A stretch of DNA of 64,000 nucleotides from an uncultured delta proteobacterium (GCA_963808625.1 CAWEHK010000008.1:206752-270751); one strand, 5' to 3'; counted from the stretch's first letter, positions 11,975 to 23,309 are shown. Numbers and translations: made by a program. The notes: generated from the letters alone by a model not told the origin.

Positions 11975-12955
11975 CTAAGGGCCATTTCCGAGGGTCTGTG
12001 AGACTTGCCGAAGGAAAGTAGTTAGCGTCTCAATTCGGTCGAACCTGATAAACAGGTATGCCAGAAGCGCTGCTGACGCCGGTGCCGAAATCCAGCCCAC
12101 ACCAATCTTTGTAAGCATTTTGCGGCTGACCGTTTGGACGTCGCCGGCGATCCCGATGCCCACTACCGCACCGACGATGGCCTGGGAAGAAGACACCGGC
12201 ACCCCCAACTGGGTAAAGAGGTGCATGGTGAGTGCTCCGGCCAATACAGCCACAAGCGCGGAAAATGGATCAAGAGGGGCAATGCCCTTGCCGATCGTCA
12301 CCATCACCTTCTTGCTGTAGGTGAGTACGCCGCTGGCGATACTCAACCCTCCGATAAGGGATGCCGCCTCAGCGGTCAGCATGTGGGCACCAACATAGAC
12401 ACCCGTGACGTTGGCAACATTATTGGAACCCAGACAATAAGCCCCGTAGCATCCGGTAAGGATAGTCCCAGCGGTATAAATCAGGTTGCGCTGAGTGATG
12501 TTGCTGGTGGCTCTATCAAGAAGGTATCCGAGAAGACGATAGAGGGCATAGCTTGCGAAGACGGCAAAAAATGGCGTGAAAACCCAACAGGCGACAATCT
12601 TGTAGAGCTTCGAAAAATCCGCTGATCCCGAAAAGATGCCGGCCCCGATGACCGCCCCGATGATGGCCTGAGAAGCGGAACCGGGAAAGGAGAGGACGGT
12701 GAGAAGGGTCATCATGATAGCGGCCGCCAGGGCACAGTAGAAGGCATCGAGAGGGGTCAGACGGGAAAGGGCGCCGACCGTGCGCATGCACTTCGGGCCT
12801 TCAAGGAAAGCACCCAGGATCACGAACACTGCCGTTAACGCGATCGCCATGCGATAACTGACAGTCCCGGTCGCAACCCCCGTGCCGAATACATTCGCGG
12901 TATGATTGGCGCCAAGGCTCCAACCAAGAAGAAGACCGCTCGACACCATCCACAT
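11975..12955 (-). CDS. PiT-family inorganic phosphate transporter
   Basis: GANHTAN and GSNNVAN signature repeats, PVSSSQAIVG, multiple TM helices. Confidence 0.88.
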   Translation of the reverse strand: MWMVSSGLLLGWSLGANHTANVFGTGVATGTVSYRMAIALTAVFVILGAFLEGPKCMRTVGALSRLTPLDAFYCALAAAIMMTLLTVLSFPGSASQAIIGAVIGAGIFSGSADFSKLYKIVACWVFTPFFAVFASYALYRLLGYLLDRATSNITQRNLIYTAGTILTGCYGAYCLGSNNVANVTGVYVGAHMLTAEAASLIGGLSIASGVLTYSKKVMVTIGKGIAPLDPFSALVAVLAGALTMHLFTQLGVPVSSSQAIVGAVVGIGIAGDVQTVSRKMLTKIGVGWISAPASAALLAYLFIRFDRIETLTTFLRQVSQTLGNGP

Positions 12956-13022
12956 GCTCTACATCGTCCTCAGTCGCAACCCGACATCGAAATCCCAAAT
13001 CCCTCCAAAAGCTCTCCACTAA

Positions 13023-13182
13023 GCCACACGAAGATTAACGAAGACACACGAATTGAATTGACTGCCCAACAATCCAACATCCAAAATCCAACATCCAAAA
13101 TCCAACCTCCGAAATCCAACCTCCGAAATCCAACCTCCAAAATCCGAAATCCGACATCCGAAATCCGACATCCGAAATCCAT
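13023..13182 (-). repeat. Composite repeat: (GGATTTC-like)n plus TTCGTG array
   Basis: About 15 heptamers directly after the DUF47 stop, then TTCGTGTGTCTTCGTTAATCTTCGTGTGG. Confidence 0.85.
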
Positions 13183-13813
13183 CTACCGGGTGCTTAAATT
13201 GAGAATCTGAAGATGGTCACTGGCGTCTTCGATGATGTCGCTGATCGAGGTCAGGCCTGAGATCAAATCGGACAACATCTTTCCCGACCAGAAGTCGGCC
13301 ACCCCCACCTGCTGGGCCTGACTGATAATATCGAACTTCATGTCGTCAATTTTTTTCTCATAAATTCTTATGGCAAGGGTTTTCTCACGGAGGTCCTCAC
13401 CTTCGAGCATGGCCTCAAAAGTGATTAACAGCATCTCACACATGCGGAAATTCAGGAGAGCTACCCGGACGCACTCGTTGCGCAAGGGTTCAGGGAGGTC
13501 TGTGTCCAGGTAATAGGTGGCCGTATCCTTGAGGAGATCGAAGACCTCGTCGACGACTTCCACGAACTTGCACAGGTCCGGGCGCAGGTAGGGTAGAAAT
13601 GCTCCCTCGTAGATGTGGGAAATCACTTGCTCTCCTCACCGAGTCGCCTTGGCGCTCCAAGTCGATTACCTCACGCATGAGGTTCGTGTCCTGTTTCTCC
13701 AGGGCCGCTTTGAAGGTATTGCAGGCGTCGCAGAGGAGCTGAATATGCCTTCTCATATCTTCCGTGACATCCCGCTCCTTTTTGCCAAACTGCAATAATC
13801 TCTCAAAAATCAT
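13183..13813 (-). CDS. DUF47/PhoU-like Pit accessory protein (frameshift near 13628)
   Basis: LERQGDSVRR joins ISHIYEGAFLPYLRPDL and later EKKIDD...SDIIEDASD; lies upstream of the Pit gene. Confidence 0.82.
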
Positions 13814-14216
13814 GGTTCCCCCTCGCTCTGTTGATCAATTCGGCAGCCATGATATCGAGCAGGGAAACCACCCCGATCACCTTTTCCCCATCGCAGACGA
13901 AGAGTCTGGCTATATTCGACTTTTCCATGAGTGTCGCAGCATCCTCGATGTCCATCTGCTCGTCGATACAGACGATGGGCTTTGACGCAATTTCCGAGAC
14001 TTTGACATTCTTGGGATTGATGCCCTTGGCAAGCACCTTGAAGACGATGTCCCTCGCCGTCACCACACCGTCAATGGACGTTTTCCCGGATTTTCGGATC
14101 ACCTTGACGGCCAGCGAGCGAAGGTGCTGGTCCACCATGATCTCCACGGCGTCATACACCGTCCTGTCGGCGTCAATCGACTCCACCTTTGTGCTCATAA
14201 ACTCATGAATCTGCAT
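13803..14216 (-). CDS. CBS domain pair protein
   Basis: MSTKVESID...GVVTARD...GVVSLLD tandem CBS pattern; GGAGG RBS. Confidence 0.85.
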   Translation of the reverse strand: MQIHEFMSTKVESIDADRTVYDAVEIMVDQHLRSLAVKVIRKSGKTSIDGVVTARDIVFKVLAKGINPKNVKVSEIASKPIVCIDEQMDIEDAATLMEKSNIARLFVCDGEKVIGVVSLLDIMAAELINRARGNHDF

Positions 14217-14441
14217 TCCTTTACCTCCATCTGGCAGGAAACAAGATGTGATTGCTTGCAGTCATTGAGGTCGTCACCGGAGTGGTCCATGGTGTGGCAA
14301 ATCATACTCCACCAAATCACAACGCATCAAGCCATTTGGTCGCGGGTGCGGTCTTTTTCCGGCAGATTGAAGGTTCCTGGTCCTCACTCACCCCGGCACC
14401 TCGTAAAGCACCGCAGAATAGAGTGCCCTTGATCTCGCGAT

Positions 14442-14521
14442 GTCATTCCCGTACGTTCTTCGCGGGGATCCAGGGAATTCGCAGGGCCTGGATTCCCCCC
14501 CAGAAGCGCGAAGGAATGACG
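14442..14521. repeat. REP-like palindrome GTCATTCCC...CTGGATTCC...GGAATGAC
   Basis: Related copies at 139-170, 26566-26647, 26923-26989, 29861-29927 and 63015-63042. Confidence 0.75.
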
Positions 14522-14998
14522 ATTCGAATTCGGACACCGATCTGTAAGGACCCAGTCGGCGTCGAAGACAAGCCGATCATCATGCTCCTGTGTGGTGATT
14601 CGCAGGTTCCTGTAACCGAAATGTCGTGACAGCCCCTCGACCACGGGAACCAGATGCAGGTGCCGATTGGTGATATGGACCGCGAGGACACCTCCCGGGG
14701 CAAGATGGCACCGGGAGAGTGCAAATGCTTCCCGCGTGAGCAGACGCAACGGGATGGCGGCACTGCTGAAGGCGTCGACAACAAGGACATCAAAGTTCGG
14801 CGGCGCTTCCCGCTCCAGCGACACCCGACCGTCTCCCGGAACCACTTCGCACGTTCCGCGGCAATCCGCCAAATATGTGCAATATTGTCGAGCCAGGCGC
14901 AGGACTTCCGGGTTGATCTCATCGAACCGGTACTCGTCTCCCGGTCCGGCATAAGCGGCGAGAGTCCCGACGCCCAAACCTGCCGCCCCCAGGCGCAT
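14520..14998 (-). pseudogene. Fragment of a spermidine-synthase-like SAM-dependent domain
   Basis: GLGVGTLAAY, EINPEV, GDGRVSLE, FDVLVVDAFSS, VHITNRH. No N-terminal part is present and the 3' end runs into a palindromic repeat. Confidence 0.65.
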
Positions 14999-15966
14999 GA
15001 CGCCGTGTTCCTATGATGTTTTCCCTGGAACTGAGAACAGAACAAGGATATCACGCTGATGGCATGGGATACAGTCAGGTTACAGCGAGATTGACCCCAA
15101 AAACAAAGACTAAAGTCCGGCAGCACATAGGGTTCCTCCATTGGGTGCTTCGATGGCCGGGGCCTTCCATCGGTTCATGGTGATTTCTGGAATGTCTATG
15201 ATTTCTGTCGTCTATCAGTTCTTGACTTGGAAGACGAGTTCTTGTATTTTTCACCCCGCGAAACCATTTCGCCAATCTCTCATTCGCATTCTGGATGGAT
15301 TTACTTACGATACAGTGTGTCTCCTTGCGCCTCTAACGGCCAGGGTGTTTCAAGTCTTCTCATTCGCCGCTCCGGTGAGGGTGGGGCGTATCGCGCGGTC
15401 AGGGTTTCATGGCGCACGAATACAGTGCGCCAGTGTCTATTGATCTTATGAAAGGAGGTTTTTCAAGAGACAAACGGTTCCATGTGAGAGGGTCCCGTGT
15501 TCCCATGAGAAAAGATCGCTGCTTGCTGATGCGCCAGGTTGAAATTCCTGCTTTTGATTCCTCCCGATCTGTTCGATCTTGGTCTTGCCTAATCGCTGAA
15601 TCCTCAGGCAGTTTGCAGACTACCTCCGCTATGGACCGACGATGCCGGCAGAGGTATTTGACGGATCCCCCGAGGGTGTCTGTTCGTAATCAAAGCAGCC
15701 CTCTCGCGCCTATTTTGCTCGCACGTATGAACGGTTCTTTCGCTTGCGTTGATGCTGGGCTGGAATAACCCTTTCATCATGAAAGGGCTCTCAACTGATC
15801 AGGGAGTACCTGTCAAGAAATGTGGCGAAAACCAGAAGGCTTTTTCAGGCTCATGTTTGCGCCTTCATTCACAAAATCGCGGGAGGTGAACGACAGATCA
15901 GGGTTTGATAGCTATTGAAGAGGAATTTTTTCGCTTGAGTAAGGTATTCAAATGGAGGTTATCCGC

Positions 15967-16522
15967 ATGGCAGACAATCAAAAATCGCGAGGAGCCGTAA
16001 AATGTCTTTTCTGGACGGCTCTGGCACTTGTGTTAATCGGTTATGCCTGGTGGTCGTACACCTCGGGGCAGATGGTTGAATGGTACTATTTCAGGGCCAA
16101 GACGGACGGCTTTGCCGTCAACGCCAACACCTTCGCGGGATGCAACCAAGGAAAAGCCCATCTCCCTTGAAATCGGCAAATTCAATCCCCTTGAGGGACT
16201 GCAGGCGACTGCCGTGAAGAAAGGCGACCGGCTGCCCACCAACACCAACGGCGTCATCAGCAAGAAGTTAGTGGAAGAGGGCAAGCGCGTCAAGCTCGAC
16301 GGGGACAAGCTCGTGGTGATGATCCCCATGCAGATCCAGGAGGCGAGAGGCTTCAAGTTCAAGGACACCTTCAAGCACAAGGGCGTCGAGACCAACCCCT
16401 GGTCGGGGGTCTGGAATGTGTGCTGGATCCTTGCTCTCGGGGTGTGCCTGGGCTACAGCGCCGAGGGGATGACCGACATGTTCGGCCTGAAGCTCACCAA
16501 GATACAACACCATGGTCATTAA
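15967..16522 (+). CDS. Membrane protein with DVU0150-like C-terminus (frameshift near 16137)
   Basis: GGAGG RBS, N-terminal TM, joined ORFs 15952..16170 and 16043..16522. Its C-terminus aligns with that of 40330..40629. Confidence 0.7.
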
Positions 16523-16558
16523 GACCGGTTGCCTGAAATCTCACTGGAGGAGTTGGAC

Positions 16559-17626
16559 ATGTTTGAATTTACAATAGCTGGTGTTACAAGCCCCTGGTTT
16601 CTGCTGGTACTTACCGGGTTCACCGTGGGCATAGTGGGCGGCTTCATCGGGGTCGGCGGCGGCTACATGGTGACGCCGGCCCTCATCGTTTTCGGATTTC
16701 CGGGCTACATGGCCTCGGGCATCGACATGACGCATATCGCGGGTAAATCGGTCATTGCCACCGTCAGGCACCGGCAGATGGGCAACATCGACTGGGTCCT
16801 TGGTCTGGCCATGGTGGGCGGCACCATGTTGGGCGTGGAGATCGGCGTCACTTTGCTCAGCTGGGCCAAGGCCCTGGGAATAGCCGGAGTTCTGCTCCTG
16901 ATCTGCTCCCTGGTGGTCATGCTGAGTCTCTTCTTTTACACCCAGATTGAAACCGCCAAGGCTCAGAAGAAGATCCGGCAGGATTCCGCGGCGGGCATCG
17001 AGCACGGCCGAGAGGTCATGGTCAGCAAAGTCCCCATGTTTTTTCAAAACATTCCCCTCTATCCCATCGTGCGCTGCCGCACCGCCCGCCTGGTCATCTC
17101 CATGTGGGTGATTGTCATCGTCGGCATCGTCACGGGGGTCCTTTCCGGCTTCCTGGGGGTCGGGGGCGGTTTCGTGCGCGTGCCGGCCCTGGTCTACATT
17201 GTGGGTGCGACCACCCACATCGCGGTGGGCACCGACCTGCTCGAGATTGCCGTCTCCGGCGGCTACGGGGCCATGAGGCACTCCCAGATGGGCAACGTGG
17301 ACATGATCGCCGTCCTCTTCATGATCATCGGCGCCATGGTCGGGGCCCAGTTCGGCAGCATCGCCACCTCCTACGTGCGCGGTCCGGCCATTCGGTACAT
17401 CCTCAGTTACTCGCTGGTTCTGGCCTGCGTGGGAGCAGGTTTTCGGCTGGTTGACATGCTCACCGGCCAGCAGTACGAGATCCTTCAATTCTTCGCCATC
17501 GTCTTCACCCTGGGGGAGATGTTCTTCCTCTGCTTCTTCATTGTGAGCCTGGTGATCTTCGCCGTGCGTTACCGCAACGGCAAGTCGGTGCCTGACTGGA
17601 TTCCCTCACTGGTGGTCAAGGAATAG
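16559..17626 (+). CDS. TauE/SafE (TSUP) family membrane transporter
   Basis: Duplicated GxxGGFxGxGGG motifs and HIAVGTDL; RBS before ATG at 16559. Confidence 0.88.
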   Translation: MFEFTIAGVTSPWFLLVLTGFTVGIVGGFIGVGGGYMVTPALIVFGFPGYMASGIDMTHIAGKSVIATVRHRQMGNIDWVLGLAMVGGTMLGVEIGVTLLSWAKALGIAGVLLLICSLVVMLSLFFYTQIETAKAQKKIRQDSAAGIEHGREVMVSKVPMFFQNIPLYPIVRCRTARLVISMWVIVIVGIVTGVLSGFLGVGGGFVRVPALVYIVGATTHIAVGTDLLEIAVSGGYGAMRHSQMGNVDMIAVLFMIIGAMVGAQFGSIATSYVRGPAIRYILSYSLVLACVGAGFRLVDMLTGQQYEILQFFAIVFTLGEMFFLCFFIVSLVIFAVRYRNGKSVPDWIPSLVVKE

Positions 17627-17661
17627 TCATTCTCTTCAACCTTACTAGGAGGTAAAGCGCA

Positions 17662-17769
17662 ATGGGATGGTTCTGGAATAGTATGATCGGTTATTGGATC
17701 GGCCTGCTCCTCATTTCCTGCGGGATTGCGGCGGCCATTTACATGATATGGCTTCGAGGATTACTATAA
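17662..17769 (+). CDS. 35-aa single-TM small protein
   Basis: AGGAGG RBS, MGWFWNSMIGYWIGLLLISCGIAAAIYMIWLRGLL*; fills the operon gap exactly. Confidence 0.7.
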   Translation: MGWFWNSMIGYWIGLLLISCGIAAAIYMIWLRGLL

Positions 17770-17784
17770 GGGGGAAAATAAGCC

Positions 17785-17976
17785 ATGCAAATGATGATCA
17801 ATTTGGTACTATACGGGTTCCTAGCATTTATGATCTACGAGTCCGTCTTTATCGCAGAGGATTACTTTATGACCTTCTGTGTGGTGTTCGTCATTGTGGT
17901 GGCGGTCATCACCAAGCTCATGCCCAGTCTTCATGTGGATAAGTGCTACCCCGGTGAGTATCCATTCGACGACTGA
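17785..17976 (+). CDS. 63-aa two-TM small membrane protein
   Basis: Purine-rich RBS, two hydrophobic segments, TGA/ATG overlap with the next gene. Confidence 0.7.
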   Translation: MQMMINLVLYGFLAFMIYESVFIAEDYFMTFCVVFVIVVAVITKLMPSLHVDKCYPGEYPFDD

Positions 17977-18638
17977 TGACCGTTAAACCCATGGCAACGG
18001 ATCTTGAACCCCTGCGCAGGGGGATCATAACGCTTTACGAGAAGCGGAAGATCGGCGACCTGACGGAAAAGAAGTTTCAGGCTCAGCTCGCCGAAAAGAC
18101 GGTGGACCTCTACCGGGCCCTCGTGCGAGACCGGATGGCGGATGGGGAGGAAATCCAGCTTGAGCACCACACGATCCTCTCCCATCTCAAGCTCACCAAG
18201 TCCGTCCTTCGCGAACCGGAACAGTTCGCCACCAGCCTGTTCGCCACCGACCGGAGGCTCTTCCGCGTCCGCGCCACGGTGATCATTACCAAGCCCCCGA
18301 CGGGGGACAAGCGGGATCAGACCGAGGTGGATGCGCTTTCTTACAAGCGCATGGCGTCGCTCAAGGTCCATCGCGAGATCCGGTGGGGCGAAGCCGGCGT
18401 GGGCGCTGGCTTCGCGGCCATCGGGGCCTTCTTCGCCCCCTGGCTCGACATCACCGGACCCTTTGTGATCGGCTTCGGCGTGTTGGGCATCTTGCACGCC
18501 TTTATCATTCCCACCCGCTGGATGGAGGTGGTGCCCGAGAACCCGATTCCCGATATGGATCCGATGAACATCAACGTGCTGAGAAAAAAGAGTGCCAAGG
18601 CTCTCGTGCGGTTCCTCCGGGAGAAACTGGAGCGGTGA
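17976..18638 (+). CDS. Hypothetical membrane protein
   Basis: 220 aa, translationally coupled at both ends, two TM segments near the C-terminus. Confidence 0.7.
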   Translation: MTVKPMATDLEPLRRGIITLYEKRKIGDLTEKKFQAQLAEKTVDLYRALVRDRMADGEEIQLEHHTILSHLKLTKSVLREPEQFATSLFATDRRLFRVRATVIITKPPTGDKRDQTEVDALSYKRMASLKVHREIRWGEAGVGAGFAAIGAFFAPWLDITGPFVIGFGVLGILHAFIIPTRWMEVVPENPIPDMDPMNINVLRKKSAKALVRFLREKLER

Positions 18639-19037
18639 TGGAAGGGATCAAGGTTCTTCTCGTAGACGATGAAGTCGAGTTCACCGCCAGCATGCGCAGG
18701 GTCCTGGCGCGGCGGGGATTCGAGGTGGACGTTGCCGATGACGGCCTGGCCGCGCTTCCCATGATGGCGCAGAAGCGTTTTGACGTCGTCGTGCTCGACA
18801 TCAAAATGCCCGGCATGGATGGAATCAGTGTGCTCGCGCGAAATCAAGCGCCTTTACCCGGACACCCAGGTGATCATGCTCACCGGGCACTTCTCTTTCG
18901 ATGGGGAAGAGGACCCTGCGCAACCCGGGGCCTTCGCCCACCTGCTGAAGCCCATTCCCATCATGAAGCTGGTGGACATCATCCGGGACGCTGCCGTTCA
19001 TGCCAAAACGGTCCCCGGTGGAGGTGCAAGATCCTGA
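18638..19037 (+). CDS. Single-domain response regulator (frameshift near 18838)
   Basis: LLVDDE, LDIKMPGMDG, then VIMLTGH and LLKP in a second frame. Confidence 0.8.
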
Positions 19038-19509
19038 GGGATTGAAGCTCCTGGCCTTCGCATTGGAACCCCCCCCCCGCTCCTGCTATTCTCCCTCTGC
19101 GCCTCCCGACCGCCTTTACGCCTCTTGCGGGGTGTGATACAGAAGTGGGGGATAGAAGAGCACGAAGTGAGGAAAGAGCAGGGAATTTGTAATGGTCGGG
19201 CACGGTAAAGGTGTGCCAGGATTCCTCCTAGAATTGAAGCTGCGGCGATCAAAGGGTGAGGCGCAGTTGCTACATTTTGAAGCCGGCCGAGACGATACTG
19301 GCCCATTCACAACTGCAAGTGAAGGTTCAGCATGGGGTCAAACGTTTCGAACTATAATTTCTTCCTGCCCCTCGTCCCCGGTCAGGTTCGTGGTAAAAAA
19401 ACCTTTGTTCACACTATGGGCTTCCGTCGGGTTAATGACAACTCGGCTAGTCAAATGTCGGTGATTACCGCAATCAACCACCAGCGACAACTATTAAGAG
19501 AATGGGAAC

Positions 19510-22179
19510 ATGGAATCTGCGAAACCGGTTGAAACTGAAGCCTCGGAAGCCCGTCCCTGGCATGCAAGAGCCTGGTCGGGTTTTCTCAATTTCCTGGAAA
19601 TCATCGGCATACTGAAAGGACAGGACGTGGACCAGGCGGCCCAGGTCGCCAGGCTCAGGCTTTATCACACCGAGTTCCGCAAGCTCCTGTCGGCCAACAA
19701 CAGCTTCCTGGAGAACCTCGGCGATCTCGATCAGAAGCTTCACGGTAGCGAACTCGTCGACCGCGCCTTCGTGAAGAGCAAGGTCGTGCGGCTCATCACC
19801 GATATCCACGGCATGGTGGAGAGCATCAATGTCATAGCGGGGGATCGCTATGGAGCATTACGCGACGCATTCGACCGAATATCAGCCCCGGTTGGCCTGC
19901 TGCTGGAAGAAGCCACCGAATCCCCCGGAAGCGAACTGGTCTTGGACCTCCCCTCGCTGACAACGGCGCAGGCCGAGCTGGCCGGCGGGAAAATGGCCAA
20001 CTTGAGCGAAGTGGCCAACGGTATGGGCCTGCCCACCCCGGATGGCTTTGTGGTGACGACCGAGGGTTTCCGGGTGCTGGTGGAGGAGGGCGGTATCCGC
20101 TCCTGGCTCCAGAACCGGCACCTCGAAATCGAGTCCGCCCAGGATCTCGATGAGATCAGTGCGGAACTGCAGGATCGTATCCTGGGCCTCGAAATTCCCT
20201 CTCGACTGCAGGAAGGAATCCTGTCCGCCTATGACCGCCTGGTTGAACGAACTGGGGAGCCGATGCCTGCCGCTGTCCGATCGAGCGCCGTCGGCGAGGA
20301 TAGTGACTTTTCCTTTGCCGGCCAATTTCTTTCGGTGCTTAACGTTCCCAGAGACGAACTCTGCCAGGCCTATCTGCGGGTGGCTGCCAGCCTTTATTCA
20401 CCGGAAGCCATGCATTACCGGTTCCTGCACGGCATCCCCGGAGAATCCGCTCAAATGGCGGTGGGATGCATCGGGATGGTGAATGCCGCGGCCAGTGGGG
20501 TGGTCTTTTCGCGCGATCCCAACCGGCCCGACTCCGGCAAGGTTTTGATCCATGCCATCAAGGGGGTGGGAGTCCTGCTCGTGGATGGGCGTACCTCCCC
20601 CGAAGTGCTGGAGGTTTCACGGGATCTCGATGATAAGCAAGTCTTACGGAGCCCCTCTTCCCAGCTCAGCCGGCTGGTGCTCTCCCCGACATCCGGCCTG
20701 AAAGAAGAGGACTTACCGCCGGGAGAAGCCCATAAGCCATGCATTACCGACGACCAGGCGGTGCAGCTGGCGACGTGGGCGCTGGAACTGGAAGCCCATT
20801 TCGGGAGCACTCAGGATCTGGAATGGGCGCTTGATGAGGAAGGAAGGCTCATTCTGCTGCAGTCGAGGCCCCTCAGCCTTTCCGCGCAGTCGAGCCGCAC
20901 CGAAAAACCGATCCCCGGCTGCACGCTTCTGGTGGAGGGCGGCGAAGTCGGCTGCCCCGGCATCGGGATCGGCCCCGCTGTCCACATGTCCCAGGATGAC
21001 GACCTGGAATCCTTTCCGGATGGTGCCGTGCTCGTGGCGAGAAGGTCCTCCCCGCGGTTTGTGCGCCTGATGTCCAAGGCGAGGGCGATCGTGACCGACG
21101 CCGGCAGCACCACCGGGCACATGGCGTCTCTCGCCCGGGAACTCAGAGTCCCTACCCTGCTCAACACCAGGACGGCCGTCTCGTCCATTCCCAACGGCAC
21201 CCTGGTCACCGTTGACGCCAGCAGCGGGTTCGTTTACGAAGGAGAAGTCCCGGCTCTGGCCGAGAAGCAGGCTACAGCTCTGGAAGAAGGAGAATTCTCC
21301 GGCAGAAGAAAGCTGACGCCCGGCTATCAACTGCTCGCAAAAGCGGTCGAGCTCATCGCGCCGCTCCACCTCACCAACCCTGCCGGGGGCGGTTTTTCCG
21401 CCAAAGGGTGCCTCACCCTGCACGATATCGCCCGCTACGTCCACGAAAAATCCTACCAGGAAATGTTCATGCTCAGCGACAATGTGGGAGATCTCCGCGC
21501 CGCCAGCTATCACCTCGATGTGTTTCTGCCTATTGATCTCTACATCATCGACCTCGGCGGCGGTCTCGAAGGGGACCTCTCGCATCGCAAGGTCAAACGC
21601 GCCCAGGTGATTTCCGTGCCGCTCAAGGCGGTGCTGGACGGCATGATGCACAAGAAGATCCAAAGGTTTGGAGCAAAACCCATGGACTTCAGCGGTTTCT
21701 TCAACATCATGATGCGGCACGCCACATCCAGCCCCGAGGAGGACGCCTCCTTCCGGGCCCCCTGCTACGCCATCATCTCCGACAAATATCTGAATTACGC
21801 CGCCCGGGTCGGCTACCACTTCAGCGTGGTGGACAGCTACTGCGGGCTGACCCAGAACAAGAATTACATCAGTCTGGTCTTTCACGGCGGGGCCGCCGAC
21901 TATACGCGCAGGGCGCGGAGAGTACGGGCCATTGGCGAGATCCTCAAGGAGCATGGCTTCACGGTAAAGGTCGACCAGGACCGGGTCCATGCCCGCCTGG
22001 CCAAGACCACCCAGGAAGATACCGTGAAGCATTTGGAGATGATCGGTTCCCTCTTCCAGTTCTTCCGGCAGATGGATGCGGCTATGACCAGCGACGCGGC
22101 CGTTGCCATTTACCGGGATGCGTTTCTGCGAGGCGATTACGGTCTGGAAGAAATCACTGGGAAGGGAACATCCCAGTAA
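19510..22179 (+). CDS. PEP-synthase-like dikinase (nucleotide-binding domain plus phosphohistidine swivel domain)
   Basis: GGKMANL, AVRSSAVGED, SFAGQF, QDLEWA, LQSRP, GSTTGHMASLARE; the C-terminus does not resemble the canonical PEP-binding barrel. Confidence 0.85.
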   Translation: MESAKPVETEASEARPWHARAWSGFLNFLEIIGILKGQDVDQAAQVARLRLYHTEFRKLLSANNSFLENLGDLDQKLHGSELVDRAFVKSKVVRLITDIHGMVESINVIAGDRYGALRDAFDRISAPVGLLLEEATESPGSELVLDLPSLTTAQAELAGGKMANLSEVANGMGLPTPDGFVVTTEGFRVLVEEGGIRSWLQNRHLEIESAQDLDEISAELQDRILGLEIPSRLQEGILSAYDRLVERTGEPMPAAVRSSAVGEDSDFSFAGQFLSVLNVPRDELCQAYLRVAASLYSPEAMHYRFLHGIPGESAQMAVGCIGMVNAAASGVVFSRDPNRPDSGKVLIHAIKGVGVLLVDGRTSPEVLEVSRDLDDKQVLRSPSSQLSRLVLSPTSGLKEEDLPPGEAHKPCITDDQAVQLATWALELEAHFGSTQDLEWALDEEGRLILLQSRPLSLSAQSSRTEKPIPGCTLLVEGGEVGCPGIGIGPAVHMSQDDDLESFPDGAVLVARRSSPRFVRLMSKARAIVTDAGSTTGHMASLARELRVPTLLNTRTAVSSIPNGTLVTVDASSGFVYEGEVPALAEKQATALEEGEFSGRRKLTPGYQLLAKAVELIAPLHLTNPAGGGFSAKGCLTLHDIARYVHEKSYQEMFMLSDNVGDLRAASYHLDVFLPIDLYIIDLGGGLEGDLSHRKVKRAQVISVPLKAVLDGMMHKKIQRFGAKPMDFSGFFNIMMRHATSSPEEDASFRAPCYAIISDKYLNYAARVGYHFSVVDSYCGLTQNKNYISLVFHGGAADYTRRARRVRAIGEILKEHGFTVKVDQDRVHARLAKTTQEDTVKHLEMIGSLFQFFRQMDAAMTSDAAVAIYRDAFLRGDYGLEEITGKGTSQ

Positions 22180-22334
22180 AGGCGGGCATGGGTGCGTGCG
22201 TGGAGCCCCTCTCAGGACCTTGCCGGCGCTGATAAGGGGCTCACACTCTGGAAACTGGAAAAGGTCTCGCAATGACAACCCGAATCTCTGCCAAGCGTGA
22301 AGCCTGAGACGTATCGGCCCATACCAGGCCGGAT

Positions 22335-22817
22335 TCAGACCACCGTGACAGGGCAGCCGGCATTTGCGATTAAATCCTCCACCGGCGCTCCGAAGAATTT
22401 CTTCACCCATTCAGGTCTTTTTGACCGTGTGGTCACAATAAGAGATGGCTTCACCCGCTCCACGATCTCAAGGCACACGACCGCAAAGCGGCCGATCTGG
22501 ATGTGCGTCTGCACTTCAATTCCTTCTTTTTGAGCCCTCGCAATGATCGCCTCCACATGCTCCCGGCCGGCTTTCTCATGCTGCTCCAGCAGACCTGACT
22601 CGCAAGACTCCCTCAACTCACCAAAGAGCCCCAGGTCGACGTCCACAAAGTAGCGCGCTAAATTGACGTCCGCGACATAAACGACCGCTAGTCTCTTAAC
22701 CTCTCGAGATTTTTCAATGGCGGTGTCGATGGCCTTCTCAGATTGCCTGAACGTCGAGAGGGCCAACATCACACAGCCTTCCATGTTCCTGGTTGCACTG
22801 TCAGGTGCTTGCGCCAT
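22335..22817 (-). CDS. Universal stress protein
   Basis: USP-like layout ending FFGAPVEDLIANAGCPVTVV; GAGGAGG RBS. Confidence 0.8.
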   Translation of the reverse strand: MAQAPDSATRNMEGCVMLALSTFRQSEKAIDTAIEKSREVKRLAVVYVADVNLARYFVDVDLGLFGELRESCESGLLEQHEKAGREHVEAIIARAQKEGIEVQTHIQIGRFAVVCLEIVERVKPSLIVTTRSKRPEWVKKFFGAPVEDLIANAGCPVTVV

Positions 22818-23309
22818 GACTTCCTCCTCAATCCAAAGAAGTGGTAAGTGGTGAATTGATTACGGGAAAACCAAACCCATAATCCGCGATAGCCTCCCGT
22901 GGGCTCACCTTCCTCCTTTCTCAGGCCAAGGGAACTGGTTCGGTCGCCCTCCCTGGGTCAGTGCGTTTCAGAAGAATCGCGTCCCATTTAAAACTTGCTT
23001 CCACCTGTTGATGCTATGCACTTGTGCAGGTACGGCAAAAGCGCTTGAATCGAGATCTCAGCTTCAATCGATAAGTGAGGTTCCGGACGTCGCGGAGACG
23101 CTTCCTGGCAAGAACCCTGCATATCTCCATGCGGACGAACGGACGATGCGTGAAGTTTGCGTGTCCCATTCATTATCCACATAAATGGATATTTTCTCAA
23201 TGGCTTCTTTGCAGTGTGGGTCCTATTCTTTAGAAGTTTGAGGCATCGGTGCCAGGATATTTCCCGGGATTATGCATTTTATGCATTCACGGTTGCGCCG
23301 AAAGAGAAG

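Noticed and set aside
15000..15950. Short ORFs in this interval and in 58320-58740
   Set aside because: No motifs, ribosome-binding sites or consistent coding signal.
23106..23121. Sigma-54-like TGGCAAGAACCCTGCA
   Set aside because: Spacing fits but the match is imperfect and it points only at a pseudogene remnant.
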